This document shows positions 19,309-28,192 of a DNA stretch of 64,000 bases, one piece after another. The notes under the pieces are model-generated. The model searched no databases and was not told the DNA's origin. It was given only the letters and a program-made list of their open reading frames with translations. The position numbers and the translations under genes are program-made. How positions within the stretch are numbered: position 1 is the first letter of the stretch; each line of letters starts with the position of its first letter. The stretch is from a virus (taxonomy: Duplodnaviria > Caudoviricetes): positions 1 through 64,000 of the IMG/VR virus record IMGVR_UViG_2751185671_000004; one strand, 5' to 3'.

Positions 19309-19735
19309 TCAAACAACACCTATGTCTCATATAATTGAAAGTAGCAACGGTTCCCTCTCTATAAAAATACCGTTAAAACCTAAAGTGCGCAGTGGCCGTA
19401 AAATTATTACACTACCCGGTAACACAGATAGCAACTACCGCCCCTGGGATAGCCAGCCCACGCCGCTCCAGTTAGCGCTAGCAAGGGCTTATGAATGGGA
19501 GCAAAAGCTAAACAGCGGCACCTATGGGTCTATAAAAGAGTTAGCCAACAAAGAGGGTGTGGATAATAGTTACGTCAGTCGTATCTTAAATCTTAATGTA
19601 TTGGCACCCGATATTATTCAGGCGATTCTTGATGAAAATATATCCGAGGGGGTGACGCTCTTTACTCTAGGTGCGGATACACCCAAACTTTGGGATGATC
19701 AGTGGATCAAGCTCGGGTTTAAGGCAAACAAATAA
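19301..19735 (+). CDS. Recombinase-associated HTH protein
   Basis: ALARAYEW..SIKELANKEGVDNSYVSRILNL..LAPDI. Confidence 0.8.
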   Translation: MDNQTTPMSHIIESSNGSLSIKIPLKPKVRSGRKIITLPGNTDSNYRPWDSQPTPLQLALARAYEWEQKLNSGTYGSIKELANKEGVDNSYVSRILNLNVLAPDIIQAILDENISEGVTLFTLGADTPKLWDDQWIKLGFKANK

Positions 19736-20034
19736 AAGGTTGCGTTTTCCACTATGATACTCTCATTTAAAATTACTGGAATAAATTTTCATCATCATCT
19801 GCTATTTAAAGACAAGTTAGAGAATCAAGCGTAAATGTACCTGGGCTAACCATCAGCAATAATATAAGAATCAGTGATTAATAGAGCTTCATATAGAGTG
19901 ACTTATATTTTTAATTGAAATTAAGTCCAATTTTTTGGCACATATGTTTTTATAAAAATTCAGTTTTTTATGTATCATTTTTTAAACGATATAAACAATA
20001 TTTGGATTTCAAAATTGATATAAAGAGGTTATAT

Positions 20035-20538
20035 ATGAAGAGTTTCAGTTTAGTTCAAGTAATCATATTATCTTTAATATTATTTGCAAATTACTCTCAC
20101 TCATCGAGCTTTAACGTTGGCCCTGTTGGTGGATTATTAGGTAAGGAGTTTGTTGATAAATTACCGGATAGCCAACGAATATGTGGCATTAACATTCGTT
20201 ATGGCAATAGAATAGATGCAATACAATTAAAAGTATTAGATGATTTTGGCAATACATTTTTTAAAAATAAACATGGAGGGAATAGAGGATCATTAAGTTT
20301 TTTTTCATTAGGACCAACTGAGTATATAAAAAAAATTGAAGGGTTTTATAATAGAAGGAGAAGCAATAGGATATTTGGTTTAAGGTTTCACACAAATTTA
20401 AAAATTTCGCCTTGGTATGGCACTCAAAGTGGTAGGTATTTTGTTTTCGATGCACCTACAGGATATTCTATTCAAGGAATAGGAGGGTATTCAGGCGATG
20501 AGCTGGATGCCTTATCTGCTTTTATAAGAAAAAATTAG
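20035..20538 (+). CDS. Secreted jacalin-like lectin
   Basis: GAGG RBS, signal peptide; GPVGG, IDAIQ, KHGG, EYIKKIEG, L.F.TN..SPWYG, GYSGDELDAL. Confidence 0.8.
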   Translation: MKSFSLVQVIILSLILFANYSHSSSFNVGPVGGLLGKEFVDKLPDSQRICGINIRYGNRIDAIQLKVLDDFGNTFFKNKHGGNRGSLSFFSLGPTEYIKKIEGFYNRRRSNRIFGLRFHTNLKISPWYGTQSGRYFVFDAPTGYSIQGIGGYSGDELDALSAFIRKN

Positions 20539-20721
20539 CTTTGATTTTTTGGAGTTAAGTTATTGTAACGTGGATTAAAACTCGAAGCGCTACTGTTGTT
20601 GGTAATATCTCATCATCATTCTATTTTTGACTGGGACTTACCTTCAAATAGCGCCTATTTCCATTTTGTCAAATGATATATTTCGAATTTTAATCTACGA
20701 CAGTTAAAACTGAAATTTGAC

Positions 20722-21069
20722 TTATTTTACTACCTTTAGATTGCTATCTACAGGCAAACGATAACCGGTGATTATCTGTATTTGATTACAAGCTTGTCTT
20801 TTCGCCTCATTAAGTAAATTGTTACCCCATGGGGTCTCTAAAAGTAACTTCATTTCTAAATCATCATCCAACATTTCATCCAGAACTATTAATAGCCCCC
20901 AGTTCAAGAATGTTATACTCCCAGCTTCATTTCCAGCTAACCATGACTCAAACCTAGCAATATCTCTGCGAACACGCGATGAATCAACATAATGTTCATC
21001 TACTGACCAAATTAGTACTGATTCTTTTTGTAAGTTATTCATAATAAAATTTTTTCTTATAAGTTGCAC
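20722..21069 (-). CDS. Hypothetical protein, probable gene cassette (start probably at the internal Met)
   Basis: ORF directly downstream of the attC at 21154-21213. Confidence 0.5.
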   Translation of the reverse strand: MQLIRKNFIMNNLQKESVLIWSVDEHYVDSSRVRRDIARFESWLAGNEAGSITFLNWGLLIVLDEMLDDDLEMKLLLETPWGNNLLNEAKRQACNQIQIITGYRLPVDSNLKVVK

Positions 21070-21153
21070 TATAACCGAGCAGCATCTATTTTCACATTAC
21101 TACTGCACAAAAATCAAGCTATGGCATATTAGTCTCTACAAAGCGGTTATTCC

Positions 21154-21213
21154 ATGTAACGCCAAGCTAAACCGATTGCGCTCTTTGCGCGTCGGGTTCA
21201 GCTTTTGTTATCT
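21154..21213 (-). other. attC-like integron recombination site
   Basis: Minus strand AGATAAC-AAAAGCTGAACCCGA..TCGGTTTAGCTTGGC-GTTACAT imperfect palindrome that includes the stop codon of the upstream remnant. Confidence 0.7.
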
Positions 21214-21475
21214 TTGTGGTTTTGGACACTCTTTTACTTTTTAAGTGCTATTTTTGATAAATTGTTAACAAACTCATTTGTTATTTTTTTGCATCTGAAG
21301 TGCTTTCCTCTCCTGAGACTAGATCGAAAATTCCCTAGTAAGTTGCACTTTGCCGGCCCATAAAACCTGAACTCTTACCAATAATGAGTAAAGCCGGGAC
21401 AGCAATCTCAACATTATCTCCGGTATATTCAATGGCTATACATAATTTTGGTGAACTTAATTTTTCCAAATGGCT
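21208..21475 (-). pseudogene. Decayed cassette ORF
   Basis: Reading frame ending ..KKVKECPKPQR* in the attC, with an internal stop and a frameshift. Confidence 0.4.
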
Positions 21476-21616
21476 CGCACTGTTAGCCGACATAGCCGCC
21501 GTTAGAAACTTTTAAATTAACAAAGACAGTTTTCGAAACAACAAGTTACTTACTTTCAGTTTACTAACTTATTAAAACAAATAAAGGACAACACTAATGA
21601 TTGTCAACCATCTGAA

Positions 21617-22201
21617 CTAATAGCTAGATATATTCTTTATATATATATCTGTAGAGTAACTTCCTACATAGCCAAAGTTCACATCAGCTCGCACAATAGG
21701 AATATCTGACTTCAAGGTTACCTCTCCAGCTTTTACATTATTAATATAGAGTTCAATCTGATAACCGGTTCGTATTATTTTGATTTTATTCCACTCATAC
21801 AGTATGCCAAAATCACTAAATCTTACGTCCAACATAGTTGTTCGATTCATGGAATAATTTCTTGTAATAAATCTCAAAACATCACCGTTGGAAGGAAAAT
21901 ACAACTTCCATTGAGCTATATCAGATTCGTAGGCTCCAAGGATATCGTTTTTATAGCTAGTCATAGGTTTCACATCAAATGAGATTGTAAAGTCTGACCG
22001 AAACTTCTTCTGAGGCCAACCGGAGAAGATATATCGGTTTTCTGATAGTTTATACTCGCCTTCTTTATCCAATGACATACCAATGATATCTTCAGTTACT
22101 ACTTTAATTCGACTCCCATCCGTGAGATGAAGATCAATTGCATCAGAAAAAGCTGCAGGCGAGTAAATATACATTAAAAAACAAAAAATATACTTAATCA
22201 T
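21617..22201 (-). CDS. Secreted ConA/LamG-like domain protein
   Basis: Signal peptide; DFTISFDVK..WNKIKIIRTG..IELYINN. Confidence 0.6.
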   Translation of the reverse strand: MIKYIFCFLMYIYSPAAFSDAIDLHLTDGSRIKVVTEDIIGMSLDKEGEYKLSENRYIFSGWPQKKFRSDFTISFDVKPMTSYKNDILGAYESDIAQWKLYFPSNGDVLRFITRNYSMNRTTMLDVRFSDFGILYEWNKIKIIRTGYQIELYINNVKAGEVTLKSDIPIVRADVNFGYVGSYSTDIYIKNISSY

Positions 22202-23248
22202 ACTTTCCTCTATTTTTTTATTTTACCCACATCCCATAGACAACTAGGTCAACCGCCAACACAAATAACAACATCTTGTTAGGCGATTTACCCCACTGTA
22301 TTAATCATCTCTAGTAAGCGGACATCCAACATTGAAACTAAATTCTCTATTCATTTTTTCTTGCTGACTGAGACCAAAAATTTCCTAGATCGCGACCAAA
22401 TAAATAGGGCCTCATATAAAAATTACCGACAGAATTTTCCTTACTTAATACAGTGTTATGTATTTTCAAGCAATGATATTTTGAAGAATTCGTCAGCCAT
22501 TTTTTCTGGCTTCATAGTATTAATACATTTACTTTTTAGCTCTCCCATTATTTCCTCATAGAAATTCTCAGCAAAAGATTTTCTGTTATCTAAATTAACT
22601 TTAACGTCTCTCTCCTTTCATAACATCTGAAAAAAAGCAAGAATCCCGATAACTTTTAAGCCAAAAATCAGTTTCTTTGCTAGAAAAATCATCTATAGGC
22701 TGTTTAGCAAAAGACACAATCCCTTAACAATATATTGCATATACATATTAGCGACCAACTCTACAGTATGCATATCAAAGATCGTAAAAGGGAAAAATGG
22801 ATAATAAATACTATATATTTTACTAAAGTTGATTATGAGAATATAGGGTTAGGTAACTATAAATATACAGCCTCCATATATATTTTATTTAATTATAAGA
22901 GTCTAATTTCTCTCATATAAAATCCTGACATCTATCTTCCATGAAAAATTACTTATTCTTTATTGCATGCCAAAAAAAACTCCAGAGTGTCACCTTAGGC
23001 ACCCGAAGGTATAAAAACCTAGATTTAGTAAGAGAAAATTTTATCACTAGTAATTTTTCATAGAATATATTTGAATATTTAGAATATAACTCTGATAAAG
23101 CAGTCGCATTTGTCAAGGATTGTATGATCTAATAGAATAGGTAGCGGATATATATTTACACTTAAAAAAGTTAAAGCATTTTTTTGTAAGGAAGTATTTA
23201 TAATATTCAACAAGGCATCTTATAGGATAATTAGATGAGTGAGCACTT

Positions 23249-24171
23249 ATGAAAGCTATTAGCGTATTTTTCATAATATCTTTTGCAAATATTGCCTTTT
23301 GTACAGATATACGTCTAGGTACATGGAATATTGAAAACCTCAATACAATATCCAAGCGTGGTTTTCCAGAGCTTAAAGGAGGCACTCAATTAAAACCTCG
23401 AACCAAAAGTCAGTTAAATAAAATAGCCAAATACCTTAACCAAGATGTGAATGCAGATGCATTGATATTAACTGAGGTCGGAGCTGAGAATGATAACAGC
23501 TTTAAACAGCTAAAACATATTATGAATCGCCTAAATGGTGATTGGCAATTCCACTTTGGAACTACAGGTGGCAAACAAAGGTTAGTGTTTGCATATAATT
23601 CAAAGAAAATTCAAGTTAAAAAATTTTCGAGCTAGAGGTAGAGAGACATCTAGTCAGAGATAAAGATATTTACGATCGAGATCCGCTTGTCGCCTGGGTT
23701 AGCGTGATCGAAGATGGCAATGAAGTTGAAGATATAATCATCATAGGCCTACACCTCAAAAGTCAACAAAAGTATGTTCATAATCACATGGCAGCAGTAG
23801 CGACACTATTGGGTTTTTTATCGGATAGTGCTTTACGAGAAGCATCTGGATTGCCAGAGGTTAGGAAAGAAAAAGATGTAGTAATTCTTGGAGATTTAAA
23901 TGATTCAGCCCACAAACGACATGGATTTAAATATTTATTTGATTACTTGGAGGGGGTAGATTACGTTCACTTACATCCAGATTCAGGGACATACCCTCTG
24001 ACACGAGTGGGAGGCAGCCAGATTGATCATATTTTTGTGTCCTCCGGTTTGGAAGATATTATTAACGGAGATTCATTCAAGGTGCATTATAAAGCTGGGA
24101 TATCTAATTCAAAATATCGCAAAGATTATTCAGACCATTATCCAGTGACAGTGAACTTGGTTTTTGATTAA
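23249..24171 (+). pseudogene. Secreted endonuclease/exonuclease/phosphatase (EEP) gene with a 1-nt frameshift at the A6 run 23618-23623
   Basis: TWNIENL, LTEV, then in the -1 frame IYDRDPL, HLKS, LGDLN, IDHIF, SDHYPV. Confidence 0.85.
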
Positions 24172-24339
24172 CTAAGATTTAGTAGTCAAATAATATACAT
24201 ATAAATTTTTTTAATGGATATTATTTTTAGTAACTTACGCAAAGTAATATATTTTCACAGAACATTTATCTATAGAATGAAGCTGGGTTTATCTCAAATT
24301 TTTCCGCCAAATATAAATCACTCTGAAAATGAGGTCATT

Positions 24340-25368
24340 ATGAAGGTATTTTTGGTAAACTTATTTCTACTGCTTAGTGCCGCATGTGCTGATGCAAAGG
24401 AGTATATTTTTGATGACAAGTTCGATGGTCGCGGAGGGATAGTGCCTTGGTTTACATATTATTACCCAGATCCAGTTGTCTGTGATTGGCCTGAAAGTCG
24501 TAGAAATTGGGGACTTGATACAACAATTTATGATTCTCCTAATAAGATAGGGGACACACAAGCAATGTCAATAGTTAGCCTTACAGGATGTAAGGTTGGT
24601 GAAATAACATTTGATTTTACCAAATACGAACCGGCAATAGATTTATCAGAATCCTTTGAACTATCATACATATGGTTTCAACAGTCATCACGTTCACCTG
24701 GCTTCTACAATGCAGAGGTCACAGTTTATTACGACAATGGAAAGATAGATAACTTCTTTATGAATCAGCAAACTCAAGTTTCGGGAGAATATTTTACTTT
24801 AGGAAGTTATAACAATATAGAAAAGGTCAGTTTTCATTATGAAGCACCAGATGATTACCAGAGACAAAGACAAATATACGGGTATTTCTATATTGATGGA
24901 GTAAAGCTAACTCAGCCAAACACAGATCCTCCAACTATCGTTATAGACTCTAATGTAGGAAAGGTAGATTTCTTTGTGAATACTTTCGCAATGGAAAATG
25001 CTGGTTACATCGCTCTAGATGGAAGCACAGTACATGTAGATGATTACCCGGAATTAGTATACATTCTTACGAATGGTGACAAATTTGCAAGTTCGGCATC
25101 TTTGCGAGATTGCAGAGGCGAGTTTTTACGTGGTCGTGATATGGGAAGAGGTGTTGATCCTGGCAGAGAAGGAGTACATCAACAAGACCAATTTCGGAAC
25201 CATAATCACACGTTCAATCACTCTGGTTATGCTGGAGTAGGCTCATTCGGTTTTGAGACTGGTACGGGGGCGTTTGTTTATGAAACAAACTATACCGGTG
25301 GGAGTGAAACAAGACCTAGAAACATAGACTTGGTTTGTGCTATTTATCCTGGTAAACGAGCGAAGTAG
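24340..25368 (+). CDS. Signal-peptide protein with C-terminal phage tail-collar domain
   Basis: GAGG RBS, MKVFLVNLFLLLSAACADA; GYIALDG..DYPEL..DCRGEFLRG.D.GRGVD..QDQFRNHNH..ETRPRNI. Confidence 0.75.
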   Translation: MKVFLVNLFLLLSAACADAKEYIFDDKFDGRGGIVPWFTYYYPDPVVCDWPESRRNWGLDTTIYDSPNKIGDTQAMSIVSLTGCKVGEITFDFTKYEPAIDLSESFELSYIWFQQSSRSPGFYNAEVTVYYDNGKIDNFFMNQQTQVSGEYFTLGSYNNIEKVSFHYEAPDDYQRQRQIYGYFYIDGVKLTQPNTDPPTIVIDSNVGKVDFFVNTFAMENAGYIALDGSTVHVDDYPELVYILTNGDKFASSASLRDCRGEFLRGRDMGRGVDPGREGVHQQDQFRNHNHTFNHSGYAGVGSFGFETGTGAFVYETNYTGGSETRPRNIDLVCAIYPGKRAK

Positions 25369-25956
25369 AAATAGAAGCTATATTCAATTAATTATGTTTT
25401 AAGTTATTCTATACATAAGACAGGAATAACCTCTCTCTTAGGTGATAATAGGTTTACACTAGGATACCCCTAACGGACATCAATATTGTTTTTCTTTTTT
25501 GATTAATGGTAGTTGCGTTCAAAAGTCTGCTTCGATAATTAATACCGCTAAGGACTGTAAAGGGCGATTTTTTGACGTTGATATTCAAAAATAATATGAC
25601 GCAGAATAGAAATGTAGCTGACATATAAAGCGATATTAATAAAGGCAAAAAATCGCTCTTTTCTGTCATTGATGTAATAACGTGTAATAGATTTTCTGGG
25701 TTGTAAGGCGGAGTATGCCTTGATGACGGCTCTTCGCCCAGAGTGGTCATTGATGATATGGAGTTAATCCAAGATCAGTAGAGCTATTCTCTTGATCTCA
25801 AAAGTATCAATAGATAATCACCATCTAACCATTTGTTTTTATTGAAAATAATAGACTTAAAGCCATTTAGAGCTTAATTTGATCAAGAGAAGAGTGATAA
25901 GTAGAACAAGTCTATTGATCAAACTGCTATGCACTAATTCAAGAGAGGGTTATTAA

Positions 25957-26901
25957 ATGAGCAGCGCTAAGGAGATGATTAAGCTGAAATCAGTAGTTAC
26001 ATTCTTGATAGGACTAATTGGTGTATTTGCATCAGCTTACTGGATGGAGGCTAGTCAGCCGTCACCAGGTTCACTCACTAATTCCGCGATAAGCTCGTTG
26101 ACTACTCTGTCAATCGCCTTGATGGGTATAGCAATCTTTGGGGTTTTATTGGATAGTAAAAATTGGAGAGAGTATTTTGGGGAGCGCTTGAAGGAAGTGG
26201 TTGTCGAAAATAGTTATTTAAAAACTCTAGATGACTCTGCTTTAAAGCAACTACAAACAAACATCCTAAAAATTCAATTTAAAAATTCTCAAATTGATAA
26301 AGATGGTAGCTTCCTAGAGTATTTTCATCTTCATTTACATAAATTTATTTCGGAGCCGTATAGAGAGGATGTTTCCACAGAAGTCCTCATGAGTCATGTG
26401 GAAAATGGCGAAGGCTACTTTGTGAAAGATAAAGTGAGGTATGTTTGCCGCGCATCGAGAGATAAAATCCAGAATGACGTTAGCTGGAAACCGGACGAAG
26501 AAGAGTTTTTAGAGGTTAAAAGCCTCAAAGTTAAAATACAGTATCCTGCAAACCATGAAAAAGCGGGAGAGGTCATTGATCTTTCAGTTGATCAACGTCA
26601 ACTATCTCAAGGCATAAAAGTATCTTTATCCGACTATGCTTCGATCGATGGACTAGTTGTAATAACAGAAGCTGAATATACAGTGGAGAAAAATAAATTT
26701 CAATATTGGCAAATGGCTCACCCCACTAAGAACTTTGATATAACTATCACATACCCAAAAGAGCTAAAAATACAATTTAAAACCCTGGTTCTCGAAGATG
26801 TCGTAAGTCAAGTGACTGAAAGTGAAGGGTATGTGAAGTTTAGCTATGGTACTTGGGCGCTCCCACAAAGTGGTTTAACTTGGCTAATCAAAGATGCATA
26901 A
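25957..26901 (+). CDS. Two-TM membrane protein of unknown function, gene cassette
   Basis: GAGG RBS, two N-terminal hydrophobic helices, stop codon inside the attC. Confidence 0.7.
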   Translation: MSSAKEMIKLKSVVTFLIGLIGVFASAYWMEASQPSPGSLTNSAISSLTTLSIALMGIAIFGVLLDSKNWREYFGERLKEVVVENSYLKTLDDSALKQLQTNILKIQFKNSQIDKDGSFLEYFHLHLHKFISEPYREDVSTEVLMSHVENGEGYFVKDKVRYVCRASRDKIQNDVSWKPDEEEFLEVKSLKVKIQYPANHEKAGEVIDLSVDQRQLSQGIKVSLSDYASIDGLVVITEAEYTVEKNKFQYWQMAHPTKNFDITITYPKELKIQFKTLVLEDVVSQVTESEGYVKFSYGTWALPQSGLTWLIKDA

Positions 26902-26970
26902 CAAAGCAAGCCAAAATCGCGCCTTCGGCTCTGGATTCGCTATCGCTCGCTTTTGCTTGCGGCGTTATGC
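26896..26970 (+). other. attC integron recombination site
   Basis: GCATAAC-AAAGCAAGCCAAA...TTTTGCTTGCGGC-GTTATGC; the two core ends are exact complements. Confidence 0.8.
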
Positions 26971-26986
26971 GTAAAAGAGATCGAGA

Positions 26987-27313
26987 ATGATCCTACTAAT
27001 TGAACAATTCTGGCCGATAATCTTATCTGCTTTTGGTGGGATAGTTGCTATTTCCAAGTTTTATCTTGATTGGCTTAGAATTAAAGAGCCAAAACTCAAG
27101 CTGGCAGAAGCAAAGAAAAATAATGACCGAGACTCTCAAAGCATAGTAATAGCCACCACTGAAGAAATCGAAAAGTACGGGTTTCAAAAATTCAGATCAA
27201 ATAGCGTTACTTCTATTTTGTTGGTCTGTTTCGTTTCCTTCGTTTTATTAGTTATCAACATTATCAAATTTCTGATAACGCGCCAGCCGATAACATTAAA
27301 TCAGAACCCTTAG
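26987..27313 (+). CDS. Membrane protein, gene cassette (possibly truncated)
   Basis: ATG 16 nt after the attC core; two TM segments. Confidence 0.55.
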   Translation: MILLIEQFWPIILSAFGGIVAISKFYLDWLRIKEPKLKLAEAKKNNDRDSQSIVIATTEEIEKYGFQKFRSNSVTSILLVCFVSFVLLVINIIKFLITRQPITLNQNP

Positions 27314-27372
27314 ATTTTGTTGTAAATATCCTTAGCTCAGATCTAGATTGGGGTTATTGGTCGGGGAGTGTA

Positions 27373-27618
27373 GTGAAAGAACAATTTGAAAAACTGCTTT
27401 CAGAGAATCAAACTCATATAGTGGTGGAAGAAGAAATACCGGTACTGATTAGTTTCACAGTAATTGATCAATATCACTATGAGGCCGAGTATATACTTAA
27501 TTCATCTGAATTAATCATCCAAGTCAAATATTTGTTGATTTGGGGGCCAAGCAGGTATTGGTTTACGATAGTGAACATGCAATCGCATACCAAAGCGTTA
27601 CAGAGGACAGGCCGGTGA
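27373..27618 (+). pseudogene. Cassette remnant reading through a mutated attC
   Basis: GCATACCAAAGCGTTACAGAGGAC at about 27584 resembles an attC start with TAA changed to TAC. Confidence 0.35.
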
Positions 27619-28192
27619 ACTCGACGTTAAAATTATACGAAGGTCTGCTTAGTGGAAGAAGCACGTGTTCATTATTCTTAACTGAGTGTCCGCTTGAGAC
27701 AAAAAACAATGCTAAACGCCAATTATAGATCCTAATACGTCCAATACTCACTCGTATTGGACGTTATAGCTATTCACAGAACGATTATAAAAAGAAAGAT
27801 GATGGCTGACACTAAAAGCATTATTTTGTCAGCGGCACTTTATTTCTATGATGGTTCTATACTGTACATACAATTGATATTCAAAACCAACCTGACGTCG
27901 TATAAAACTCAAACAGACACACAAAATGATAGAATTAGTGACGACGATTCGACAATAGTAGACATTGGAATGGGGTTATTAATACGTCAGAAGGCCGCCC
28001 TAAGAAGATATTTGTATACTTTGCCAACATAAGCTTGAATTCATCCCTTCAGAGATAACATACGACCCAAAGTGTACATTAATTAAAATAAACTGTCCGT
28101 GGAATTCGGTATGCCGGCTGATTGATATTTCAGGTGAATGAGCTGGAGCCTTGGAAAAAATATAAAGCGAAATAATAAATAGAGAATACTTT

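Larger units (their letters stand above)
1..19735. mobile_element. Prophage segment (packaging, replication and integration modules), WO-like gene order
   Basis: Contiguous small terminase-like, ParB-MTase, RuvC-like, primase, helicase, AAA_24, DUF2924 and serine recombinase genes; continues beyond the left edge. Confidence 0.9.

Noticed and set aside
19789-20626. Short TCATCATCAT..CTATTT direct repeats flanking the jacalin gene
   Set aside because: Low-complexity and imperfect; cannot separate an insertion scar from chance
23611-23635. Programmed ribosomal frameshift in the EEP gene
   Set aside because: No in-frame X XXY YYZ heptamer; a homopolymer indel is simpler
25454-25750. Possible integron integrase remnant (KKSPF)
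   Set aside because: No further IntI or tyrosine recombinase motifs; the match is too short
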